Under the pieces are notes generated by a model. The model did no database searches and was not told the origin of the DNA. It saw nothing but the letters and a program-made list of their open reading frames with translations. Positions 15,044-26,968 of a stretch of 64,000 nt of DNA are shown one piece after another. Every line of letters begins with the position of its first letter. Position 1 is the stretch's first letter. Origin of the DNA: Balamuthia mandrillaris (lineage: Eukaryota); the NCBI GenBank assembly GCA_031835245.2, contig JAVKOQ020000021.1, positions 248,001 through 312,000 on the forward strand, written 5' to 3'. A program made the position numbers and the translations under genes.

Positions 15044-16493
15044 CCTCTCTCTCCTCTCTCCTTGTCTAAACCTCTCTTGTTTTCTGCCACTTGGCATTTA
15101 TTGTTTAGGATTGGTCTCGTTGTTGATGTTATGGCTCGTATTTCGCAAAAGCATTCCAACCTCCATATCTCATCTTCCCCCTCCTTCCTCGGACGTTCTC
15201 AAAGATCCTCTCGGAGCAGCATTCGGCATCATCCTTCTCTTCCTCTCTGTTCTCTGCATCATCTCCTTCTTTTGGCTCAACGTTGCCGTGTGGGTGGCCA
15301 CTCTTCCCTTCGCTCTCTTACTCTTGTTGAAGGATGTGTTGGTGGATTGCTCCACTCTTCGTTACTATCTGCTTACGGCCTTTCATACTGTGTTTTGTCG
15401 ATGTTGTAGAGAGCGATGTCCCACTCCTACTAAAGCGAAATCTACGTTGTTGCCTGATGTTGCCCCTCTTTCAACAGCTCCAACGAGCTCATTTACTCCT
15501 CTTTCTACTTCGACGTCTTCCCCACAAGAGAGCTCATCTCTTTCCTCTTCTTCAGACTCGTCTGTCTTTGTGGGCACTCCTTCTCAGGATCCACAAGTTA
15601 CTATCTACTTTTCTTCTCCTTCTGCTTTAGATGCTTCAGCAACAAACGAGCATTATTCTCCTTCTGTTCAGCTGGAAGTACCATCATTGCTTACTGATGA
15701 TGCTGCTTTGGAGCATGATGAAGAAAGCGTGTGTAATTCCTGTTCAAACCAGTTCCAAGGGGTTAAAAGGTTTTTTCGCTTCTCTCTCTCTCTCTTTATT
15801 GTTAGTTCGTTATCGTTCTTTTCTCTTCAACATTCTCTTCTCTTGTTATCCGTTTTTTCTTAGGAACTAACAATAAAAAAAAAACAGAGATATAGTAAGA
15901 AGATTTCCTACTGTTTGTCTATGTTTAGAACGGATGCCATGGAAGATTGCTCCCTTCATGTTGAGCATGTTCATTTTGGTGGACGGGCTGAACATTCATG
16001 GCTGGATTGGCGTGTTGGCGGATGGGCTCCACCCCCTGTTGAACGGCGCTGGATACGGAGTGTTTGCCATGGGCTTTATTTCTGCCATTTGTTGTAACAT
16101 CTTCAACAACCAGCCGATGTCTATTCTCTTCGTTAAGATCCTTCAACAATCTGGTTTGTATCTTCTTTTGCTTGTTTGTTGTTTTATTCTTCTCTTATGT
16201 CTATATTGTTTACCAACAAACAACACTTTCACAAACCAAAAAAAGATCTGTCAGAGAGCGCCCTTAGCGCATCAATCTATGCGCTGATCATGGGCAGCAA
16301 CTTTGGAGCGAACCTGACGCTAGTGGGTGCGCTGGCAGGCATCATGTGGTCCAGCATTCTCGGCCAAAAGGGCATCACTGTCTCCTACTTTCGGTTCCTC
16401 AAGTACGGGCTCATGATCATGCCTCCAGTCATCCTCTCCGCTTGCGCCGTGCTTGTTTTGGAAGTGTACATCGCCAAGTGGCAAGGCTGGTAA
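13694..16493 (+). CDS. ArsB/NhaD (ion transporter superfamily) multi-pass membrane transporter; multi-exon
   Basis: Many hydrophobic segments. Motifs VVTSNDIVILTLTP, AANIWSSMLYIGNPTNIIVAQAF, MPWKIAPFMLSMFILV, CNIFNNQPMSILF and GSNFGANLTLVGALAGIMW. Confidence 0.85.
14213..14493. repeat. (TTCTC)n microsatellite in a transporter intron
   Basis: Directly visible ~280-bp perfect pentamer tract. Confidence 0.97.
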
Positions 16494-16613
16494 ACAAAAC
16501 AAAACAATACACGCAACATATCGATAGTGCCCCATAAAGAAAAAAACGAGCACGCGAGAAAATTTTCTTTTCCATATATTGTTATGCCATATTTTATCTC
16601 GAAATCACACCGA

Positions 16614-16685
16614 AGCAGAGTGGCGCAGTGGAAGCGTGGTGGGCCCATAACCCACAGGTCGGAGGATCGAAACCTCCCTCTGCTA
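16614..16685 (+). tRNA. Initiator tRNA-Met (CAT)
   Basis: AGCAGAGTGGCGCAGTGGAAGCGTGGTGGGCCCATAACCCACAGGTCGGAGGATCGAAACCTCCCTCTGCTA. It has A1-U72, a GGG/CCC anticodon stem, a GATCGAAA T-loop typical of eukaryotic tRNAi, and an oligo-T Pol III terminator just downstream. Confidence 0.97.
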
Positions 16686-16764
16686 ACTTTTTTTTTCAAG
16701 CCATAAACTAATGTCGACAAAATTACTCATTGAGGAATTTTATTAAACCTTTTCTTAGTTTTCC

Positions 16765-17601
16765 TTACACCTGTTGCCATCGCCTCTCTTTTGCTCTTCT
16801 ATTCCGAAACCAAACCTGCAGACGCTCCAGAGAGATTCCTGCTTGTCCCGCCAATCGTAGCTTGCACTGCCTGCTCGGCATGTGGTCGCTGGCGAAGGCC
16901 TGCTCCAAGATTTCCAGCTGCTCAGGGTTCAGGTCGGATCGAGGTTTCCTAGGTCGTTTCGCGGCTCCTTGCTCGTCGAACGAAAATCCCCCGATGTGAA
17001 AACGAAGTGGGGAATGTGGGACCTTGCGTTTCTTTCGGTTGCTGATATGTTTTTGCCTCTCGGTTCTTGTTGAAACACGGAAGTTCCACCACCGGGACTG
17101 GTAATAAGCATCCTCTAACAGAATGTTCGTATGGTGGTTATATGTATCGTCTGTAACCTCTCTTGGAGTGGTTGCTTCCAGCCTTGGTTGTTCTTCAGAT
17201 CCGTTGTGATTCTCGGGGAATGCAATTACGCATGGTTCATCTGTTCTGGCCTCGGAACAGGTCTCGTTTTGTTCCTTTTTCCTTTGTTTTCTTTGTGCCT
17301 CAACGTCATGCAGGGCACCCAAAGAGTTTGAGCGAAACAGGTGGGAAGGGTGCTGAGACTTTTCTCCAAGATGGGGTGGATCGGATATGCCCTGCGTCGG
17401 TCCGTGGGCACGTACTGTTGACGGTGGTGGAGGAAGGCTACGCAGTGACAAGAGGGAGAGCGTGAGTTCAGGTTCAGCAGCAACCACAGGACGCATGCTT
17501 GACCAAGGAAGAGATATTGGTAACGATGATGGAGGTGAGATGCAAATATCCACTTCCAAAAGCTTTACCGGGAGGGACATGTGTGCCGTTCTCTCATCCA
17601 T
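16765..17601 (-). CDS. Homeobox transcription factor with a C-terminal homeodomain
   Basis: KRPRKPRSDLNPEQLEILEQAFASDHMPSRQCKLRLAGQAGISLERLQVWFRNRRAKERR. The 5' end is uncertain. Confidence 0.88.
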   Translation of the reverse strand: MDERTAHMSLPVKLLEVDICISPPSSLPISLPWSSMRPVVAAEPELTLSLLSLRSLPPPPSTVRAHGPTQGISDPPHLGEKSQHPSHLFRSNSLGALHDVEAQRKQRKKEQNETCSEARTDEPCVIAFPENHNGSEEQPRLEATTPREVTDDTYNHHTNILLEDAYYQSRWWNFRVSTRTERQKHISNRKKRKVPHSPLRFHIGGFSFDEQGAAKRPRKPRSDLNPEQLEILEQAFASDHMPSRQCKLRLAGQAGISLERLQVWFRNRRAKERRWQQV

Positions 17602-18041
17602 CTTCTTTGAAGACAACAAACCGTGGTAGCGAAGAGTGCGAACAAAGCATTTCTATATAAACACTTTTTCCCTGCCGTCTCTCTTTGTCTGTCATCTTGT
17701 GTTGTTGAGGAATGACCGACCCCCAGCCAACAAAAAAACTCAAGAGCTCCGCCGTCACGCTTAGCACGCTGGTCGCCAACCGCACGTGAGCAACAAGGTT
17801 TCAGAGAGACACAAAGAGACGCAAAGGGTAGTGGCGGGCCAATGGCGTTCCCCCGATCATTATGATGATCTGATCTTCTTTCATGACATCATCACACGTC
17901 ATAAATACCCGAAGTTTCCACAACAAATTAAGGTGACCTATGACGTCATCATTTCCTCCTTAAAAACGTGCAAAAAAGAAATAAAAAAGAAAGAAAAAAA
18001 ATGAAAGAAGGAAAGAAAAGAAAGACACAACCACCAACAAA

Positions 18042-19081
18042 ATGAACACAACCATGGAGACATCCCTCCCACCAAAGGTCATCCGCATTGGCGTGTTGGC
18101 ACTGCAAGGTTAAAAAAAAATGACCTCCAACAACACTCCTTTTCCTTCCGTTGGTCTCACAGCTTTTTTTTTTTTGATTTGATCAAACAAACGAATAGGA
18201 GCATTTGTGGAGCATGTGCAAGCGCTCCAACGATTAAAGCTCTCCCACCTCGAGGTCGTGCTCGTAAGAGAGCCTCACCAGCTTCACTCCTCGTCCTCTC
18301 CTCTGGACGGCCTCATCATCCCCGGTGGAGAGTCCACCAGCATGGTCCTCATCGCCGAGCGAACAAACATGATCGAGCCGCTGCGTGGTTTCGTGCGTGA
18401 CCCCAAGAAAGCCGTCTGGGGCACCTGTGCTGGGCTCATCCTGTTGAGCAACCACGTGGAGGGGCAGAAGGAGGGCGGCCAGGCCGTGCTTGGCGGCTTG
18501 GAGGTCAGCTGCTCCAGAAATTACTTTGGGCGTCAGGTGGGTTTCGGCTTCTCTTCTCTGCTTTCATTCCTTCTTGTCGCCACCTTCTTTCTTGTTGTCT
18601 CTTCCTTAGCGTTTCGTTCGTTCTTTCATTTGTCTTTTCATGTTGTTTCGTTCTTTTTCGTGTTCGGTGTTCTTCGCTTTTTTGTTAACTTTTTTTTTTC
18701 GTTTCTTTCTTCCATCGGATGGTCATTACCGTCACCGCCTTCTGCATACTGCTCTGTCTAACTTTTTTTTCAAAACCAAAGGTGAAAAGTTTTGTGACAA
18801 ACCTCAACGTTGATTGCTTTGGCAAAGACTCTGCCCCCCACGAGGCCGTCTTCATTCGGGCTCCCGCTGTCCTTCGCATTCTCGACGAAGCCAAAGTGGA
18901 ACGGTTGGCTGACATTCCTGATGCCAACGATGAGAAAAAGAGAGTGATCGTGGCAGTGCGTCAAGGGACGCGCCTGCTTGGCACAGCCTTCCACCCGGAG
19001 CTCACGGAGGATGACCGGTGGCATGCCCTCTTCGTGAAGATGGTGCAGCAGAACCTTGCTTCTTGTTCTCAAGCCAGCTGA
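18042..19081 (+). CDS. PDX2: Pyridoxal 5'-phosphate synthase glutaminase subunit (PDX2/SNO); 3 exons
   Basis: Motifs [50 protein letters not shown] and [11 protein letters not shown]. Confidence 0.96.
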
Positions 19082-19203
19082 GTTTTTTTTAAACGAACTC
19101 TCTGATCAAACAAGAACAAAGTGAAGATGAAGCAGACCAAAGAAAAAGAAGAGGAAGAAGAAGAACAAGAACAAGAAGAAACTGAGTTTTGTTGATTGGC
19201 CTT

Positions 19204-19860
19204 TCAACTCGAAGGCAACTCATTAAAGAACTCAACGCGATCCAAACGAATAGAGGCACGCGAGTTTCCAGTTGTGTACAAGAAGGCATACGGCCTTCGA
19301 GGCAGTGGTAGCCTCCCAAAATGAGTTCCATTCACCCAAAACGTTACTCTTCTGCCTTTCTCCTCTTTGTCGTTTTCTGCTTCTCCTTCTTTTCCAGGCA
19401 AACCCCCTGCAGCTATAGCAGACGAGCCAGTCTCCTCAATTAATAGAGTCATGCTGTACTCATCCTTTTTTAGAACTTCGTGAAGGTCATGCAAAGGCAA
19501 AGGCGTTATTGTGTCTCCTTTGGGAAAGGAGCGATGATAGAGAATGCTGCTGTGTAACGAGAGGAAAGAGCAGCTCGAACCAGTGTAACTCGAGGAGAAG
19601 CGGTCCCGAGGTTTGAGGATTTGCTGCATGTCGGGCTCGGTGAAGAGTCCAAACTCGCAGGTGACGCGCATGGTGAAGTGCAACTTTACGATGAAGCGGT
19701 CGAAAAGTGTGAAGAGGGTGTTGCTCATGATGGCTTTGGGATAGCATCCTCTGGTGTCAAATCTTCAGATGTACAAGTGAAACGAGAAAAGAAGTGAGAG
19801 AAGAGGAGAGAGAGAATAGAGAGCACGAGGAGAATGACGGAAACAGAATGAACGAGAACG

Positions 19861-19904
<44 letters not shown>

Positions 19905-20441
19905 AGAACGAGAAGAGAAACGGTGAAGCAGAACGCATGAGCAGACCTAGTGACTTGTTTGTTGTCATCACTGAATATCCACACGCCCTCTTCAGAAAGC
20001 TCTCTGTCCCATGTGGGAGAAAGGAAGGTTTCTTTGAACCGCCTCATCCAACCTTCTCCTGCATGACAAGGAAAAAACAATGGCTTTCAAAACAACAGAA
20101 AACAAAAAAAAAACAAGCAGAAGGGTCACAAAACAAAAGCCAAACCCTCCACTGCAACATTGGGAGTTCCAAAGTGAGAGAGGTAGACGGCCTTCCAAAC
20201 GGCGTCGGCGGAAGCCAGCCGACAAAAGTCTTTGCTGACCAAACAGCAACGAACCACCGAACCAACCCCACAGTTGGACAAGATCAAAGTCTGGTGGTTT
20301 TATATTTAGGAAAAAAGCAATTTTCATAAAAAAAGATAAGTGGTTTTTATCGCGAGAGAATGCAAAGGGATACATCCCCTCGGGTGCTCATACCCAAACT
20401 TCTGAGGGCACGTCCCGCCATGAAGCTCCTCCTTCCTCCAT
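19204..20441 (-). CDS. F-box protein with a probable SPRY/B30.2-like C-terminal beta domain; multi-exon
   Basis: Spliced N-terminus MEEGGASWRDVPSEVW|TLILSNCGVGSVVRCCLVSKDFCRLASADAVWKAVY fits an F-box. Later segments TWD..IFSDDNKQVTR and VTFWVNGTHFG resemble SPRY. Confidence 0.75.
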
Positions 20442-21023
20442 TGTTGTTTTCTTGCGTTACAGATTCTTGATGGGCGAACCTACGACGCTGTCCAAAATAA
20501 CTATTTTATCTGTAGACATGATTATTTATCAACGGTTCACAATTATTCGCATAAAAAAAAACACAACACGTCGACACGAAAATGTTAATCAGCATCCGAT
20601 TTTGATTGTTGACCAATCCTAAAACAAACAAGCCACCTTAATGATTCTGAATTTCTCTTTCACCTAAATCCCAATTCGTGTTCTTTTCCGTGTCGACATA
20701 TTTGACATCATTCCAGTCGTTTAATTATTTTTTTTTTTTTGGTTGTTGTGCCGTTTTATTGGCGGGGGGGGGTTGTGTTGTCTTTTTGTTCTCTCAACTT
20801 TTCACTCACACGCGCACACACTTCCCTCCTCTTTTTTGCTGACCGCGGCGTCGACTTACCTGCAACGACTCCGCACAAACAACAAAACACGAAGTCTTTG
20901 TGATTTGAAGTAGTAGTAGTAGTATTTTATTTTTTTTTTCGGTTGCCACTCGAACGAAGGCTTTTTTTTTTTGCTTTGCAAGATTTTGTACCCCTTTTAC
21001 CCTATTTTTATTTTTTTAACAAG

Positions 21024-21263
21024 ATGAACGACGAAAAGCAAGCTGCCAAGGCCGAGCAGAAGGCTGAGAAGAAGCTTTTGTCCAAGGAGGAAAAATTGGC
21101 GGAGAAGGAGAAGAAGTTGGACAAGAAGATCAAGAAGCAGGCCAAGCGCGAGGAGAAGACCAAGAAGAAGGCCGACAAGTTGGAGAAGCTCAAGACCAAG
21201 GTCGACACCAGGAAGAGCGAGCTCGGCAGCATGAAGACCACCTCCACCGGCACCGAGGAATAG
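21024..21263 (+). CDS. Small Lys/Glu-rich coiled-coil-like protein (79 aa)
   Basis: ATG ORF MNDEKQAAKAEQKAEKK... with strong AAG/GAG/GCC codon bias. Confidence 0.65.
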   Translation: MNDEKQAAKAEQKAEKKLLSKEEKLAEKEKKLDKKIKKQAKREEKTKKKADKLEKLKTKVDTRKSELGSMKTTSTGTEE

Positions 21264-21483
21264 ACTACACCAACTTGGACGATGCGCTCTTGAACAACAG
21301 CACAAACAAAATCCAACTCCAATCTAATTAAAAAAAAAACCTAAAAAAAAATCCAAAAAAACAAAAACGTTCCATTCTCTTTCTTGTTTCCCCACACTTT
21401 CAATAGGAGGGTTTGAAGGAGGAGGGAGATGGAGTGTGTTGTTCCTGTGTTTTACCAGTCACCGACAGTTTGCTCAGACTTTG

Positions 21484-21532
<49 letters not shown>

Positions 21533-21871
21533 ATCTCCATTGCTTTTGCAATGGAAAGAACAAGAGACAACCTCGTTTCATGTTTTTCATGGAACAACAC
21601 AGCTGCACAGGTGTATAACACAGTCAATAACAATATTCTGCTCCTCCATTTGGCCCTATTCGGCTGCCTTCCATGGTTCTTCTTCTTGGAAACTCAAGAA
21701 CAACTCAAGGAGAGACTTCCAATGCATGACAACCCACCACACCCAAATGAAGCACCGCGCCCATCCAACTATAAAACACCCACCGGCACTCATCCTCCAA
21801 CTGCCATAACAACAACAACAACCAGCACAAAAACAAGAAGAACAAACCTGCTGACAACAACAACAACAAGG

Positions 21872-22906
21872 ATGAAGCCTGCTCTGATGGTTTGCCTGTG
21901 GTTGGCCTTCTTGGCCGCCACCTCTTTGGCTGGCAGGGCTGATGTCAACTATGGTGGAGGCGATGTGCGCTATGATGGCGATGTCGTCACCTACGACGGC
22001 GGTGATGTCCGTTACGACGGCGGCAACGTGGTGACTTACGACGGTGGGGACATCCGCTATGACGGTGGCAACGTTCGCTACGACGGTGGTGATGTCCGCT
22101 ACGATGGAGGGGATATCCGTTACGATGGAGGGGATGTTCGTTACGATGGCGGCAGCGTGGTCTACGGTGGAGGAGATGTTCGCTACGATGGAGATGACAT
22201 TCGCTACGATGGAGGGGACATCCGTTACGATGGTAATGTGGTGACTTACGACGGTGGTGACATCCGCTACGACGGCTATGATGGAGGCAACGTCTACGAT
22301 GGTGGTGACGTTCGTTACGATGGCGGTGACATCCGCTACGACGGGTATGATGGAGGCTATGTGCGTTACGATGGTGGTGACGTTCGTTACGATGGTGGTG
22401 ACATCCGCTACGACGGATATGATGGAGGCGATGTGCGTTACGATGGCGGTGATGTTCGTTACGATGGCGGCAACGTGGTCTACGATGGTGGCGATGTTCG
22501 CTATGATGGCGGTGATGTTCGTTACGACGGAGGAGACATCCGCTATGATGGTAATGTGGTTACCTACGACGGAGGAGATATCAGTTACGATGGTGGAGAC
22601 ATCCGATACGATGGAGGTGACGTCCGTTATGATGGCGGCAACGTGGTCTATGATGGCGGTGACGTTCGTTACGATGGTGGTGACATCCGTTATGATGGTG
22701 GTGACATCCGTTACGATGGCGGCAACGTGGTCTACGATGGTGGGGACATTGACTACGATGGTTACGATGGGGGAAACGTTGGCTACGACGGCGGCAACGT
22801 GGGCTACGACGGCAACGCCTATGATGGCGATGTGGTGGCCTACAATTCCAACAGCGGCGATAAGGATGCCTCCTCTGCTGCTTCTCCAGCCGCGTTCTGG
22901 CTCTGA
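21872..22906 (+). CDS. Secreted Tyr/Asp/Gly heptapeptide-repeat protein (YDGGD[VI]R)n
   Basis: Signal peptide MKPALMVCLWLAFLAATSLA, then ~43 YDG units with extensive synonymous codon variation, then a short hydrophobic C-terminus. Confidence 0.85.
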   Translation: MKPALMVCLWLAFLAATSLAGRADVNYGGGDVRYDGDVVTYDGGDVRYDGGNVVTYDGGDIRYDGGNVRYDGGDVRYDGGDIRYDGGDVRYDGGSVVYGGGDVRYDGDDIRYDGGDIRYDGNVVTYDGGDIRYDGYDGGNVYDGGDVRYDGGDIRYDGYDGGYVRYDGGDVRYDGGDIRYDGYDGGDVRYDGGDVRYDGGNVVYDGGDVRYDGGDVRYDGGDIRYDGNVVTYDGGDISYDGGDIRYDGGDVRYDGGNVVYDGGDVRYDGGDIRYDGGDIRYDGGNVVYDGGDIDYDGYDGGNVGYDGGNVGYDGNAYDGDVVAYNSNSGDKDASSAASPAAFWL

Positions 22907-23407
22907 ACGAAGGCTGCTTATCGCATCGATCGGCTGCCAATGCTTTGGTTGAAAGTGGAGATTTTTTCTCTTGTGAGTTTTACCACCGGGTCGAATAAAA
23001 AAAAAAAACAAGCACAGGCTGTTTTTTCCTTTCCTTTTGATCTGGGCGTGAATGGCAGGTTGGCTAACCTTAACTCCCTCAACACCTCCTGCTTGCCCTC
23101 TGCTGGTTCGAGCTCGCTGGCGTTCCTCTCTCTCTCTTTTGCACATTTTTTTCCATAGGCCCGTTGCCTAGTGTTTGTTTTTTGGTAAACGAGGTGAAGC
23201 GGTATGATTTCTGGTTGGGCCAGAAATTTCCCAACCAATGAAATATCATAGATTGTAGACCAGAAAAAGGAAATCTGCCAGCCAACATTACCTTCAAAGG
23301 AAAAAATTGAAAATCTGTTTATTCGAAAGTTTGAAAAGCGAAATTCAATATTGGCCAAAAAAAAAAACAAAAATAAAAAATAAGAAAAAAAAGAAACGAA
23401 AACGGAA

Positions 23408-24069
23408 ATGGAGGAAACAACGACAAACCAAAGCGTGGCCTCTGCGACAGCAGCAGCGGCAGCAACCGGTGCTGCTTCGGTGGTGCACCAGGAAGACGGC
23501 GCCAAAAGGACCGCAAAAAGCAAGCATGAGGCGTTTATGTCCTATATCGATCGGATTATGTTATCCGATGATGTTGGTTCGTTTGTTTGTTCGTTCGTTT
23601 GTTTTTTTTTTTGTTCAACTGTAACAGTTTCTCCTTTGTTTATTCTTCTCTCCTCCTTCCTTCCTTTTTGCAGAGGCCATAGAGGCTTTTCTTCTGAGTT
23701 ACATGTCCTACATTCCCGAAGGCCAAAGTTTACCGGATCTATGGATTACCAAGTAACGTTCTTTTTTTTTTTTCAGTTTTTTTTTTTTGGACGTTAATCT
23801 TTTTCGTTTGGTGTGAACAAAAAGGTACAAAACCATTTGTGCCAAAGTGCAGCGTGGAGCTGATCAAACAACTATTGTAGAAACGTAACGAACCTATTTT
23901 TGTGTTTTTTTCCCGTCACTCTCTTCTTCGTTCTTCTCTCCTTGCTTCTTTCTTCTTTCTCTTTTTCTTCTGCTTTTTTTTAAAAAAATCGATTCTCGCT
24001 TCTCTTCATTTCTCTTCTCGCGTCTCGTTGCTCCTCTCGTTGCTCGCCTCTTTTTTCGTCCCGTCTCGT

Positions 24070-24111
<42 letters not shown>

Positions 24112-26912
24112 CTCCTCAACTCATTTGTTATTCACAAAAAAATACACGCATGCACAACAATACTCAGACGAATGTTAAACTTTCTGAAGCTTTGGGCCTC
24201 CTCCTATCCGGAAGACTTCAGCTCCAAGCACCACAGCGCCCTGCTGGCCATAATCTCCAAAGAGAACGCCGCCAACGTAGTCAACGAGTTCAAGCTCCTC
24301 TTCCTCAAGAAGAACCGCTCCAAGCTCTCCCTCAACACCTTCAAGAACTTGGCCAACTTTAAAATGGCAACCAAAGGCCTTAGCACCATCGGCGGAAGCA
24401 ATAGTGGAGCAAGTCACAACAATCCATTGCTCCACTTGAGTAAAGATGGAGCTTCGAATTTGAAGAAGAGTTCGACTTGTCCGAATCTCGCTGTCTCCAT
24501 TTCTGCAGCAACGGCAGCAGCGGCAGCTTCTTCTTCGTCTTCCTCTTCTCCTGCTACTTCTCCGCTCGCTTCTCCTTCATCATCCCCTGCTTCCCCCTCT
24601 TCGTCGTTGAGTGTGGAAAGCAAAAATGGCGAGAGTAAGAATACGTTGAGAAGCGTTTCGAGTGCTGACGCTTTGGGCGGAGGAGAAAGCCTACTGGAAG
24701 ACGTTGCAAGTAACAAAAAAGTGAAGAAAGGATCCAAGAAGAGGTTTTCGCGACGAATGAGGTTTCTTTCTTTCACTTTTCTATTCCTCTCTTCATCTCT
24801 TCTCTCCATTCTCTCATTCTTTTTCCTCTTTATCTCACACTATATGTTTTGTGCAGGAAAAACTTGAGCAGCTTTTCCGACTTAACAATAGCACGCGAGC
24901 TAACATGGATAGAGTCCGAGATCTTCAACTCCATCTCCAGACGCGAGTTCCTGGATCAAGGCTGGCAAAAGCTCAACAAGACCGCGGTCTCTCCGAACAT
25001 CACAAAGCTCATCACTCGCTTCAACGAGGTCGGCTTTTGGGTGGCCACCGAAATACTGACCAAGGAGGAGAAATACAAAGTGAAGTACATCAAGCGGTTC
25101 ATAAAGATCGGGCAGGCATGTCTCCACTTGGCTAACTTTAATACTATGATGGAAATCCTTTCTGGCCTCTCTACTTCGGCTGTTCAACGACTGAAAGTTA
25201 GTCTTTCTCTGCCTTTCTCTGTCTCTCTCTGTCTCTCTCTGTCTCTCCGTCTGTCTCTGTCTTTCTCTTTCTCTTCTCTTCTCTATTCGATTAACTCTTT
25301 TGTATATTCCCGTTTATCTCATTTCTGTTTTCTTTTTGTATGATCTTGTGTTCTGGTTCTCTTTGCTCCTTGCTCTCACTCTCCCCTACTCTCTGTGTTT
25401 CTCTTCTCCTTCGTCTCTCTCGCTTTGCTTTTTCTCTCTTTCAAACCTCATAAATGTCTGTCTGTCTGTTTATTTACCTTTGATGAAAAGACCACATGGC
25501 AAGCCATTCCAGCGCGATACATGACGATGTTCAACGAGATGCAATCGGTGATGAACCCGCTGCAAAACTTTGCCACCTACCGAGAGGCCCTCGACAAGCG
25601 ACGACGCAGCGGAGATCCGACGTTGCCGTACATGGGCCTCATCCTGCGCGATCTCACTTTCTACTCTGAAAATCCAATGTATCTTAGCGATGGCACCATC
25701 AATGCCGCTCTCCTGTTAGACTATTGGCACCAAATCAAGAAAGTACGGCAGTATCAGTCCAACCATTACAGCTTTCAACGGTTCGCTTCCTCTCTTTCGT
25801 GCTTTTTGTCTTTCTCTCAAGAAAGCAAAACTAAAAAACGCTTTTAAACGAATGCAGCGATCATGCAGCATATGAATATTTGAAGTCTTTGGCGTTTATG
25901 GACAACGAAGATGTGCTCTATGCGTTGTCGCTGTCCAGTCAACCCAGTCCACGCAGAGGCCAGGACCCTTTTCCTCTTCTCACCAAAGAACGATCCAACA
26001 CCCTTCCTGCTCAACCAAAGGTACCATTCATTCCTTCTGTTTCTCTGTTCGCTTTTCTCTTTTAGCTTCTGTCCTGCCCCCTCTGCTCCTCTCCTCTTTT
26101 GATTCTCTCCTCTTGGCTTACTCTTATAACAACTTGATAGGATTTGCCTTCGTTGAACTTGCGAGAGTACAATTCGATGGACGCGGAGGCGCTCTCCACG
26201 GAAACCGAAACAACCGAAACCGGAACAGAAACCAACACCGAGACCAATACGGAGACCGCCAACATGAGCGACAGCGACACAGAAGACGAGGATCTGGACT
26301 CTGTTGCTTCTTCTGGCGTTACTCGCCGAAGAAGCGCCTCTGCAAGCGCCATTACCGTAAATATTCTTCTCTCTGCTTCTCTGCTCTTCTCTGCTTCTCT
26401 TTATGGTTAAGGAGCGCTTTTCTTCCTTTGTTTCTTATTTGCTATAACGACAATACCAAAAGCAGAATCCGATAAACATGGAAGCGGTAAACGCAAAGCT
26501 GAGCGCTGATGGGAAAAAGTTTCTGCAGAAGAAACAACAACAAGAAGAGAAAAAGCGGAAAAAGAAAAAGAAGACCAAGTCCTCCAGCTCCCTGGAGAGC
26601 AATAACGAAGCAGAGGAAGAAGAAGCGGATTGTATAGTCACGAAAGATGTTCTCGACAGGCACATGAAAAAGTTCAACGAGCTGAGCGACGCGGTGCTTC
26701 GGCCGAAGCAAACACCGCAGGAGAAAGAAAAGGAAGAAAACGAGGAAACGGAGAGAAAAGAAAGCGAGGAAGAAGAAGAAGAGGAGGAGACAACCACGAC
26801 CACCACGACCACAAAAGAAGAAGAAGAGGAAGAGGAGGAGGACGAGGAAGGAGGAGAAACCACTTTTGACGAAGACACGGAGCCACTCCAAGAAGAACAA
26901 GAAGATCATTAA
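23408..26912 (+). CDS. Ras guanine-nucleotide exchange factor (REM + CDC25 domains); multi-exon
   Basis: Motifs AFLLSY, NFLKLW..YPEDF, IARELTWIESEIF, ITRFNEVGFWVATEIL, ANFNTMMEILSGL..AVQRLK, NFATYREAL and PTLPYMGLILRDLTF. Confidence 0.92.
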
Positions 26913-26968
26913 CAAACATATAAAACTGTTATTTTTTTTGAACTTTAAATCTTTTTCTTTTTTTTCTA

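Noticed and set aside
21950..22830. CRISPR-like array
   Set aside because: These are contiguous 21-bp coding repeats without unique spacers, in a eukaryotic context with no cas genes.
21656..23146. 496-aa antisense ORF and Met/Val/Thr-rich alternative frames over the YDG repeat
   Set aside because: Frame shadows. Only the YDG frame has a signal peptide and synonymous-only variation.
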